Assembly (NCBI GenBank): GCA_964513235.1
Contig: CAZEMI010000017.1
Span: 13,835 to 77,834 of the forward strand
DNA: 64,000 nt
Direction: 5' to 3'
Source of the DNA: an uncultured Acidobacterium sp.
GTDB taxonomy: Bacteria > Acidobacteriota > Vicinamibacteria > Vicinamibacterales > UBA2999
In this document: one piece after another, positions 52,158 through 60,348 of the stretch
Position numbering within the stretch: the stretch's first letter is position 1
Layout: each line of letters opens with the position of its first letter
Made by a program: the position numbers and the translations under genes
The notes under the pieces: generated by a model
Databases searched by the model: none
What the model was told of the DNA's origin: nothing
What the model saw: only the letters and a program-made list of their open reading frames with translations

Positions 52158-52170
52158 CGAAGGAGACGTC

Positions 52171-53727
52171 ATGCTGCCCGGCCGCAAATACACGCCCGAA
52201 GACATTGCCGCGATTGCGTGGCGCCGCAAGTGGATGGTCATCTCGGTCGTCGCGATGCTGACGACGGCGGCGATCACAGCGTCGATGCGGCTGCCGGACC
52301 TGTATCGATCCGAGACCCTGATTCTGGTCGTGCCGCAGCGCGTGCCGGAAAGCTACGTGCGCTCGACGGTCACGATGCGGATCGAGGATCGCCTGCGCTC
52401 ACTGCGCCAGCAGATCCTGAGCCGCAGCAATCTCGAGCGCATCATCAACGATTTCCAGCTCTTCGACGAGGACGTCAAGAAGCGGCCGATGGAAGTGATT
52501 GTCGAGGAGATGCGCCAGCGCGTCATCGTCGACACCGTGCGCGAAGACACCTTCAAGGTGTCCTATATCTCCGAGGTGCCGCGGACGGCGATGATTGTCA
52601 CCGACCGGCTGGCGGCGATGTTCATCGAGGAGAACCTGCGCGATCGCGGGCAGCTGGCCGACGGCACGAACGACTTCCTCGAATCGCAGCTCGCCGGCGC
52701 GCGCCAGCGCCTGGTCGGACACGAACAAAAGCTCGAAGCCTACCGGCGGCTCAACTCGGGCGAGCTGCCGTCGCAGCTCCAGTCGAACCTGCAGGTGATC
52801 CAATCCACGCAGAACCAGATTCAAAACCTGAACGAGTCGATCAACCGCGATCAGGATCGCCGCCTGGTGCTCGAGCGATCGCTGGAGGATGCCAATTCCA
52901 GCACGCCCATCGAGCCCGGCAACGCCAGGAACACGGTGCTGGACACGCCCGAAGTGCGCGCCATCGATCAGCTCGAGATCGCGCGCGGCGAGCTGCGCGA
53001 CCTGCTGCTGCGACTCAGGCCCGAACATCCCGACGTGGTGGCGAAGACCAGGACGATCAGGCAGCTCGAAGCCAAGGTCCAGGGCACCGCTTCGAACGGG
53101 ACCGCCCCCGGCCGCAACGAGCCCTACGTCTCCGGCGCCGAGCTGGTGAGGCGCGCGCGCGGCCGCCAGACGCAGCAGGAAATGGCCAAGCTCGACGAGC
53201 AGATCGCGGGCAAAGAGGCCGACATGCGCGACCTGCGGCTGCGCATGAGCGACTACCAGCGCCGCGTCGACGCCGTGCCCGGCCACGAGTCGGAGCTGAT
53301 CGGCCTGATGCGCGACTACGACACGCTGCAGAAGGTCTACGCGGATCTGCTGGCCAAGAAAGAGAACTCGCAGATCTCGGCCAACCTCGAACGCCAGCAG
53401 GTGGGTGAACAGTTCAAGGTGATCGATCCGGCGCGCCTGCCGGAGGCACCGTTCAGCCCGAACCGGCTGCGCATCGCGCTGATCGCCGCGGCGCTGGGAC
53501 TGTTCCTCGCGGTCGGGGTGCTCGGCGTCATCGAATATCGCGACATGACGCTGCGCACCGAAGACGAGATCGTGCGCACGCTGGTGCTGCCGGTGATCGC
53601 CGCCATTCCGCTGATGGCCGCGGTTGCGGACACACGGCGGCGCCAGCGCAATCAACTCCTGATGGGCGCGGCGACGGCCATGACCCTCGTCGGCCTGACC
53701 GTCGCGGTCTGGCGGATGGTGCAGTAG
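52171..53727 (+). CDS. Polysaccharide chain-length determinant (Wzz/GumC/PCP family)
   Basis: 518 aa with an N-terminal Wzz motif and TM (AWRRKWMVISVVAMLTTAAI...YRSETLILV), a long coiled-coil periplasmic region and a C-terminal TM. Confidence 0.85.
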   Translation: MLPGRKYTPEDIAAIAWRRKWMVISVVAMLTTAAITASMRLPDLYRSETLILVVPQRVPESYVRSTVTMRIEDRLRSLRQQILSRSNLERIINDFQLFDEDVKKRPMEVIVEEMRQRVIVDTVREDTFKVSYISEVPRTAMIVTDRLAAMFIEENLRDRGQLADGTNDFLESQLAGARQRLVGHEQKLEAYRRLNSGELPSQLQSNLQVIQSTQNQIQNLNESINRDQDRRLVLERSLEDANSSTPIEPGNARNTVLDTPEVRAIDQLEIARGELRDLLLRLRPEHPDVVAKTRTIRQLEAKVQGTASNGTAPGRNEPYVSGAELVRRARGRQTQQEMAKLDEQIAGKEADMRDLRLRMSDYQRRVDAVPGHESELIGLMRDYDTLQKVYADLLAKKENSQISANLERQQVGEQFKVIDPARLPEAPFSPNRLRIALIAAALGLFLAVGVLGVIEYRDMTLRTEDEIVRTLVLPVIAAIPLMAAVADTRRRQRNQLLMGAATAMTLVGLTVAVWRMVQ

Positions 53728-53731
53728 CCCC

Positions 53732-54733
53732 ATGTACGAGTCCTTTTACGGCCTTCGTGAGCGCCCGTTCGAGCTGACGCCGAATCCGCGCTTCCTGTTC
53801 ATGACGCCCCGCCATCGCGAGGCGTTGACCACGCTGGTGTACGGACTCACGGCGCGCACCGGCATCGCCTTGCTGGTTGGCGAAGCCGGCACCGGCAAGA
53901 CCACGCTCGTCCACGCCGCGCTGCAATCGCAACGCACGCAGGAAGGCATGGCCGTGTACCTGAACAATCCGTCGCTGACGCGCCAGGAGTTCCTCGAATT
54001 CCTCGCCGCCGGATTCGGCTTGAGCGCCGACGCGGCACGGTCGAAGACGCGGTGCCTCGCCGACCTCACCGACTTGCTGGTGTCGCGGCATTCGGCCGGC
54101 GGCATGACCGCGCTCGTGATCGACGAAGCACAATGCCTCCCGGACGACCTGCTCGAGGAAGTGCGGCTGCTCGCCAACATCGAGTCCGCGTCGGAGAAGC
54201 TGCTCTCGATCGTACTCGCGGGCCAGCCGGAGGTGGCGACGCGGCTCAGCCAGCCGTCGCTGCGCCAGTTGAAGCAACGCATCGGCTTGCGGTGCGCGCT
54301 CGCGGCGCTGGACCTGCAGAACACGAGTGCCTACATTGCCGCGCGCGTGCGCATCGCCGGCGGTGAGGCGGCGCAGCTGTTCACGCCCGAGGCGGTGTGC
54401 GAGATCCAGGAGCGCTCGCGCGGCATCCCGCGAACGATCAGCGTGATTTGCGACAACGCGCTGGTCTCGGGCTTTGCGCTCGACCGCAAGCAGATCGATC
54501 GCGAACTCATCGTCGAAGTCTGCGCGGACTTCGACTTCGCCCTGCCCGCCGCTGACGAACCACCGCCGAGGACGGCCGCCGACCTGCTGCCCGCAGTGCG
54601 GCCGGAGCCGGCGGTGCCGTCGCCCCCTGCGGCGGGCACCGTTCCTCGACCTGGAGATGAGCTACTCGCGCGCCTGGCCCGCATCCGCGGCATGGCGGGC
54701 GCAGCCGAAGAGGCGGATGGGACACAGACCTGA
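53732..54733 (+). CDS. ExeA-like AAA ATPase of EPS loci
   Basis: MYESFYGLRERPFELTPNPRFLF..., Walker A GEAGTGKTT and Walker B LVIDEAQ, with a Pro-rich C-terminus. Confidence 0.85.
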   Translation: MYESFYGLRERPFELTPNPRFLFMTPRHREALTTLVYGLTARTGIALLVGEAGTGKTTLVHAALQSQRTQEGMAVYLNNPSLTRQEFLEFLAAGFGLSADAARSKTRCLADLTDLLVSRHSAGGMTALVIDEAQCLPDDLLEEVRLLANIESASEKLLSIVLAGQPEVATRLSQPSLRQLKQRIGLRCALAALDLQNTSAYIAARVRIAGGEAAQLFTPEAVCEIQERSRGIPRTISVICDNALVSGFALDRKQIDRELIVEVCADFDFALPAADEPPPRTAADLLPAVRPEPAVPSPPAAGTVPRPGDELLARLARIRGMAGAAEEADGTQT

Positions 54734-54735
54734 CT

Positions 54736-55656
54736 ATGGCTCGACTCGCTGATGCATTACAGCGCGCCAATCGGACGCGCATGGAACAGGACGGGCCACC
54801 CCCGGCGCCGCCGCCGGCGGCGGAGGAAACGTCGCCGGTCGTGATGCGGCCCCGCGCCGCCGAACGGCCGGCCGCCGCCCACGGTTCGGCGTCGCTGCTC
54901 GGCTTTCCGAAAGGGGAGCCGCAGACAGCCGGATGGCGCTCCAATCCCGAGCTGGTCGGAAAGCTCGTGGGCACCGATGGCGTGTCTGCGGGGGCACTCG
55001 AGCAATACCGAAAACTTGCCGCCACCCTGCATCACACGCAGGAGGAACGCGGCATCCAGGTGGTGATGACCGCGAGCTCGTTGCCGGGCGAAGGCAAGAG
55101 CCTCACCGCCGCCAACCTCGCGCTCACCTTCAGCGAGTCCTACCAGCGGCGCGTGCTGCTGGTCGACGCCGACTTGCGCCGGCCGACGGTGCAGCGCCTG
55201 TTCGACGTGGCCACCATTGACGGCCTCGATGCCGGACTCAAGGCCGAGCACGACCGGCCGATGCCGCTCACGCGGATGTCGGAACGGCTCTGGGTGCTGC
55301 CGGCGGGACGGCCCGACCCCGATCCGCTGAGCGGGCTCACGTCGGATCGCATGCGGCGCTTCGTCCAGGAGGCGCGCACCTTGTTCGACTGGGTGATCAT
55401 CGACACCCCCCCGGTGTCGCTGCTGCCCGACGCAAACCTGCTGGCGGCCAACGTGGATGGCGTCTTGCTCGTGGTCCGTTCCGGCAAGGCGCCCTTCCAG
55501 CTGGTGAAGCGGACCGTCGACACCATCGGTCACGACCGCATCCTGGGCATCGTGATGAACGCCGTGGACTTCAGGCATGACCGCAACGCCGGCGGCTACT
55601 ACGAGTACTACGGTTACGGCTACGGCTACGGCCATTACGGAGCGGGGAAGAAGTAG
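54736..55656 (+). CDS. BY-kinase (CpsD/CapB-type tyrosine autokinase)
   Basis: Walker A SSLPGEGKS, Walker A' VLLVDADLRRP, Walker B DWVIIDTPP and a C-terminal Tyr cluster YYEYYGYGYGYGHYG. Confidence 0.85.
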   Translation: MARLADALQRANRTRMEQDGPPPAPPPAAEETSPVVMRPRAAERPAAAHGSASLLGFPKGEPQTAGWRSNPELVGKLVGTDGVSAGALEQYRKLAATLHHTQEERGIQVVMTASSLPGEGKSLTAANLALTFSESYQRRVLLVDADLRRPTVQRLFDVATIDGLDAGLKAEHDRPMPLTRMSERLWVLPAGRPDPDPLSGLTSDRMRRFVQEARTLFDWVIIDTPPVSLLPDANLLAANVDGVLLVVRSGKAPFQLVKRTVDTIGHDRILGIVMNAVDFRHDRNAGGYYEYYGYGYGYGHYGAGKK

Positions 55657-55661
55657 GGGCC

Positions 55662-57050
55662 ATGGCGAAGGGGCTGATTCAAGACGCGACCTGGCGGTCG
55701 TCGACACTGATCGTCATGGAGAGCGCGCTCATTCTGGGCGCCGTGGCGACCGCGGTCTATGTGCAGGTCGGCGTCGCGACCGGCACCGCCGGCCTGGCCG
55801 GCCTGCTGCCAAAGGCCTTCGTGATCGTGATCGTCTGCCAGCTGTGCCTGTATTGGGGCGATCTCTACGACCACCCGCATTCGAGCGGCAGCTACGTCGA
55901 GCTGATGATTCGCACGCTACAGGCGCTCGGCGCGACCTGCCTCTTGCTGGCCGCGATCTATGCGTTGTTCCCCGATCTGGTGATCGGCCGCGGTGTGCTG
56001 ACCGTCGTCGCGCTGCTCACCACGAGCGGCGTCATCAGCTGGCGGATGATGTTCGGGTGGCTGTCGCGCCGCGTCGGACCGCGCGAGCGGCTGTTGATGG
56101 TCGGCGCGAGCAGCGCCGGCCTGGCGCTCGCCCGCGAGCTGCACGACAACGACGAGGCGGGCGTGCAGATCGTCGGCGTGGTCGACAACGACGGCGCCAC
56201 CGCGAGCGACCCGAGGCTGCTCTGGCTTGGCGGGATTGAAGAGATTCCATCGATCGTCCGCGCTCGCGGCGTCGATCGCGTGGTCGTCAGCCTCGCCGAT
56301 GCCCGCGGCAAGCTGCCCATGGACAAGATGCTCGAGATGAAGCTCGATGGGGTGTCGTTCGACTATCTCGCCTCGGTCTACGAGGAATACACCGGCAAGA
56401 TCGCCGTCGAGAATCTTCGTCCGAGCTGGTTGATCTTCTCGCCCGGATTTCGCAAGACGCGCCGCCTGCTGGCCCTCAAGCGGGCGCTCGATGTGGTGTC
56501 GGCACTGGCCGGGTTGATCCTGTCGGCGCCGCTTCTGGTGGGGCTCGCGGCGATCATCAAGATCACCTCGCCGGGGCCGGTGTTCTATTCACAGCGGCGC
56601 GTCGGCCGCGACTCGCGCATCTTCACCGTCTACAAGCTGCGGTCGATGTGCCACGACGCCGAGCGGCAGACCGGTCCCGTGTGGGCGGCACGCGCCGGCG
56701 ACACGCGGATCACCTGGATCGGCCGTTTCATGCGCCGCACGCGCCTCGACGAGATCCCGCAGTTCTGGAACATCCTGATTGGCAACATGAGCTTCGTCGG
56801 GCCGCGGCCGGAGCGGCCCGAGTTCGTGCGGTCACTCTCCGAGCAGATTCCGTTCTATCGCCAGCGGCACGTGATCAAGCCCGGCCTCACGGGCTGGGCG
56901 CAGGTGCGCTACACCTACGGCGCCACGGTGGAAGAGGCGATGGAGAAACTCCAGTACGACCTCTACTACATCAAGCACCTGTCGGTGACGTTCGACCTGT
57001 TCATCATCTTCGAGACCATCAAGACCGTCCTGTTGCGGCGGGGGAATTAA
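55662..57050 (+). CDS. Undecaprenyl-phosphate sugar phosphotransferase (WbaP/EpsB-type initiating enzyme)
   Basis: 462 aa with N-terminal TM helices, a Rossmann-like linker and the Bac_transf core (KRALDVV...PGPVFYSQRRVG..FTVYKLRSM...DEIPQFWNILIGNMSFVGPRP). Confidence 0.9.
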   Translation: MAKGLIQDATWRSSTLIVMESALILGAVATAVYVQVGVATGTAGLAGLLPKAFVIVIVCQLCLYWGDLYDHPHSSGSYVELMIRTLQALGATCLLLAAIYALFPDLVIGRGVLTVVALLTTSGVISWRMMFGWLSRRVGPRERLLMVGASSAGLALARELHDNDEAGVQIVGVVDNDGATASDPRLLWLGGIEEIPSIVRARGVDRVVVSLADARGKLPMDKMLEMKLDGVSFDYLASVYEEYTGKIAVENLRPSWLIFSPGFRKTRRLLALKRALDVVSALAGLILSAPLLVGLAAIIKITSPGPVFYSQRRVGRDSRIFTVYKLRSMCHDAERQTGPVWAARAGDTRITWIGRFMRRTRLDEIPQFWNILIGNMSFVGPRPERPEFVRSLSEQIPFYRQRHVIKPGLTGWAQVRYTYGATVEEAMEKLQYDLYYIKHLSVTFDLFIIFETIKTVLLRRGN

Positions 57051-57949
57051 TGGCCGACGCCGCCAACGCCGCGATCATCAATGCGATGACCGTCGACGTC
57101 GAAGACTACTTTCACGTCAGCGTGTTCGACGGCGTGATCCCCCGCCATACGTGGGATCGCCTCGACAGCCGCGTCTGCGGCAACACCACGCGGCTGCTGA
57201 AGATTTTCGAGGCGACCGGCGTTCGGGCCACCTTCTTCATCCTGGGCTGGGTCGCCGAGCGTTTCCCGTCGCTCGTCGGCGAGATCGCCGCGGCCGGCCA
57301 CGAGATCGCGTCGCACGGCTACGGGCATCGCCTGGTCTACGACTTGACGCCGGACGCCTTCCGCGACGATGTCCGGCGGTCGAAGGATCTGCTCGAGTCG
57401 GCCACTGGCGTGCCGGTCTACGGCTACCGGGCGCCGAGTTATTCGGTGACGGCGCGATCGTTGTGGGCGCTCGACGTCCTGATCGACGAAGGGTTCCGTT
57501 ACGACGCCAGCATCTTTCCGATTCACCACGATCGCTACGGCATCCCGACCTCGCCGCGCCACCCGTACGTGTTGCAGCGCCACTATTCGCTGATCGAAGC
57601 ACCGGGGTCGACGGTGCAGTGGGGTCCGTTCAACCTGCCGGTGGCGGGCGGCGGCTATTTTCGGATCCTGCCGTATGCCTGGACGCGATGGGGCATCACG
57701 CGCCTCAACCAGGCGGAGCGCGCACCGGCGATCTTCTATCTGCATCCGTGGGAGATCGATCCCGGGCAACCGCGGCTGCCCGCGAGCCTGCTGGGCCGCT
57801 TCCGTCACTACTTCAATCTCTCGCAGACCGAGTCGCGCCTGCGCGCGTTGCTCAGCGACTTCCGGTTTTCGACCATGGCCTCGGTGCTCCGGCGCGCCGG
57901 GTTCGACCTTCACGACACCAGCCCCGCGCCGCTGCCCTACGTCTGGTAG
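57050..57949 (+). CDS. Polysaccharide deacetylase (EPS-locus subfamily)
   Basis: NAMTVDVEDYFH...ATFFILGWVAERFP...GHEIASHGYGH. The ATG at 57050 overlaps the upstream stop (TAATG). Confidence 0.85.
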   Translation: MADAANAAIINAMTVDVEDYFHVSVFDGVIPRHTWDRLDSRVCGNTTRLLKIFEATGVRATFFILGWVAERFPSLVGEIAAAGHEIASHGYGHRLVYDLTPDAFRDDVRRSKDLLESATGVPVYGYRAPSYSVTARSLWALDVLIDEGFRYDASIFPIHHDRYGIPTSPRHPYVLQRHYSLIEAPGSTVQWGPFNLPVAGGGYFRILPYAWTRWGITRLNQAERAPAIFYLHPWEIDPGQPRLPASLLGRFRHYFNLSQTESRLRALLSDFRFSTMASVLRRAGFDLHDTSPAPLPYVW

Positions 57950-57967
57950 CGCCGCCCGGAGAGACCC

Positions 57968-59062
57968 ATGTCCGCCTCGGTTGCCGCAGTCCCCCGGCTT
58001 GCACGTTCGGCGTCGACGGTGCCGCCGGCCGTTGACGTCGCACTGTCGACAAACCCCTCGCCCGCGGCGTGGGACCAGTTCGCGCGACACACGCCAGATG
58101 CCGGGCTCTATCACCTGTGGGGCTGGCGCCGCGTCATCGAAGAGACGTTCGGCCACGAGACCATCTACCTGTCGGCCACGCACGCCGGCGCGATTGTCGG
58201 CATCCTGCCGCTCGCAATTTTCCGCAGCCGGATCTTCGGGAACTTCGCGGTGTCGCTGCCATTCGTTGACCAGGGCGGCATCTGCGCGGCCGACGAGGGC
58301 GTGAGACGCGTCCTGGCCAATTGCGCCGCGTCGGTTGCCGCCAGCCGGCACTTGTCTCACGTGGAGCTGCGCCATGTGGCGCGGCAGCAGCCCGAGCTGC
58401 CGGTGCGGCAGCACAAGGTCGGCATGACGCTGCGCCTGGTGCCGGATCTCGGCAAGGCGTGGACGCTGCTCGATCGCAAGGTGCGCAACCAGGTTCGCAA
58501 GGCGGAAAAGGGCGGACTGACCGAGCGGCGCGGCGGGCTGGAGTTGCTGGACGCGTTCTACGACGTGTTCTGCCACAACATGCGCGATCTCGGCACGCCC
58601 GTCTATCCGCGCCTCTTCTTCGAGCGCATCATCTCGACCTTCGCCGATTCATCCACCGTGTTCGTGGTCGAGGATCCACGGCGCACACCCGTCGCCGCCG
58701 CGATCGGTCTGGTGCATCGAGACTCCTTCGCGGTGCCGTGGGCCTCGTCGCTGCGCGAGTTCCGGGCGCAGAGTCCGAACACGCTGTTGTATTGGCGGAT
58801 GATCGAGCACGCCATCGCCTCGGGATTGACGACTTTTAACTTCGGCCGTTCGACACCTGGCGAAGGCACGTATCAATTCAAGGAACAATGGGGCGCGCGC
58901 CCCACACCGCTGCACTGGGAATACGTCCTCGAGTCAGGACGGCCGCTCCCGGATCTCACCCCCAAGAATCCGAAGTTCCGCGCCGCCATCGCCGCCTGGA
59001 AGCGGCTGCCGGTGCCGGTGACGCGATGGATCGGCCCCCACATCATTCGCTCGATTCCCTAG
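57968..59062 (+). CDS. FemAB/GNAT-like protein of EPS loci
   Basis: 364 aa (WDQFARHTPDAGLYHLWGWRRVIEETFGH...LLYWRMIEHAIASGLTTFNFGRSTPGEGTYQFKEQWGA). Confidence 0.8.
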   Translation: MSASVAAVPRLARSASTVPPAVDVALSTNPSPAAWDQFARHTPDAGLYHLWGWRRVIEETFGHETIYLSATHAGAIVGILPLAIFRSRIFGNFAVSLPFVDQGGICAADEGVRRVLANCAASVAASRHLSHVELRHVARQQPELPVRQHKVGMTLRLVPDLGKAWTLLDRKVRNQVRKAEKGGLTERRGGLELLDAFYDVFCHNMRDLGTPVYPRLFFERIISTFADSSTVFVVEDPRRTPVAAAIGLVHRDSFAVPWASSLREFRAQSPNTLLYWRMIEHAIASGLTTFNFGRSTPGEGTYQFKEQWGARPTPLHWEYVLESGRPLPDLTPKNPKFRAAIAAWKRLPVPVTRWIGPHIIRSIP

Positions 59063-59079
59063 GGGCCACACGCGATCGC

Positions 59080-60348
59080 GTGTACACGTCGGTTGCCGTT
59101 GCCTTCGTCGCGCTCGCGACCTGGGGCAGCTGGTTTCCGTTCGTGTTCCGTCCGTTGCCGTGGGATGTCGCCATCGCGTGGCTGTGGTGGAGCGCTACGC
59201 CCGCACAATTCTCGCTGACCGACGCGCTCTCGAACCTGCTGCTGTTCGTGCCGATTGGCGTGTTCGCGGCATCAGTGCTCGGCCGCCGCGGACGAGTGCG
59301 CGACAGCGTGGCCGTGATCGCCCTCGGCGCGGCGCTCAGTCTTGCGCTCGAACTGGGCCAGCTGCTGGTGCCGTGGCGAATCCCCTCGGTGCTCGACATC
59401 GCCTTCGAGACCGCCGGCATGGTGGTGGGGGTGTTGGTACGGCGCGTGGCCGCGGCGGAGCTCGACGCTCTGACGGGCCGGCTGATCATGGCCTGGCGCA
59501 CGGCCGGCATTCGCGAGCGCGTGCTGTGGGCCTACACGGCCACGTTCGCCATCGCGTGGCTGATGCCATTCGACTTCACCATCCGTCCGGATGAGATCGG
59601 CGACAAGTACGAGCACAAACGGCTGGTGTTGCCGTGGATGCCGTCGCCCGATGCGGCCACCACGGCCGAGTCATGGCTGACCGCGGCTGCCGCGGTGCCG
59701 CTCGGCTGGGCCTTCGTGCTATGTGCGAGCGATGCAGGCTGGCGACGCTCGGTGGCCGCGGCCATCGCCGACGCCGCGGCGCTGCTGGTGGCGCTGACCC
59801 TGTTGCAAGTGACGGTGTTCTCGCGCACCACCGACATCACTCTCACGTTCGCCGCGTTCGGCGGCGCTGCCGCCGGCGCCATCATGGCGGCCCGCATGAC
59901 GGTTCGGACGGTGCGCCCGCGGGACCACTCGTCGATGCGGTTCGCGGCGCTCGCCGCCACCTGGATCGCGGCGGTGATTGCGATCGAATGGTGGCCGCTT
60001 CAGTTCAATCTCGACGTCGATCGCATCCGGCAGCACGCCGCCGCCTGGTCGTACGCGCCGTTTCGCGCGCCAGCCACGGCCGCGGACGTCGTGCCGGGCG
60101 CCCTGCTCGCCATTGCCGGTGCCGTGATCGCATCGCCGGGCAGCCGCGCGGCGTACGCGCGCCTCCACCTGATGGCCGCACTCATCGCCGCCGGCGCGCT
60201 CTTCGCGACGATTGAGGCCGGACACCTCCTGGCCGAGACCCACACCCCCACGCTGGCATCGGTTGCGATTAAGCTCCTCGCATTCGCCGTCACGCTCGCC
60301 TTCGCGAGCGCGGCGCAGCCGATCTGGTCGTCGCAGGCACGGTCATGA
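59080..60348 (+). CDS. Polytopic membrane protein with three VanZ-like repeats (start uncertain: GTG 59080 or ATG 59026)
   Basis: LTDALSNLLLFVPIG...ELGQLLVPWRIPSVLDIAFETAGMVVG is VanZ-like. Two further degenerate copies follow (LLQVTVFSRTTDITLTFAAFGGAAAG and IEAGHLLAETHTPTLASVAIKLLAF). There is no exosortase-type CSG motif. Confidence 0.55.
   Translation: MYTSVAVAFVALATWGSWFPFVFRPLPWDVAIAWLWWSATPAQFSLTDALSNLLLFVPIGVFAASVLGRRGRVRDSVAVIALGAALSLALELGQLLVPWRIPSVLDIAFETAGMVVGVLVRRVAAAELDALTGRLIMAWRTAGIRERVLWAYTATFAIAWLMPFDFTIRPDEIGDKYEHKRLVLPWMPSPDAATTAESWLTAAAAVPLGWAFVLCASDAGWRRSVAAAIADAAALLVALTLLQVTVFSRTTDITLTFAAFGGAAAGAIMAARMTVRTVRPRDHSSMRFAALAATWIAAVIAIEWWPLQFNLDVDRIRQHAAAWSYAPFRAPATAADVVPGALLAIAGAVIASPGSRAAYARLHLMAALIAAGALFATIEAGHLLAETHTPTLASVAIKLLAFAVTLAFASAAQPIWSSQARS

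Noticed and set aside
57047-58576. 509-aa minus-strand ORF across the deacetylase and FemAB-like genes
   Set aside because: It is antisense to two plus-strand genes with good family motifs and operon context. The composition is low-complexity and Arg-rich.
59026-60348. Calling this multi-TM protein the locus exosortase (XrtA/EpsH)
   Set aside because: I could not find the exosortase hallmarks as I remember them: the conserved Cys in a CSG context and the Arg and His motifs. The clearest similarity is to VanZ-type motifs. I kept it as an open question in the findings.
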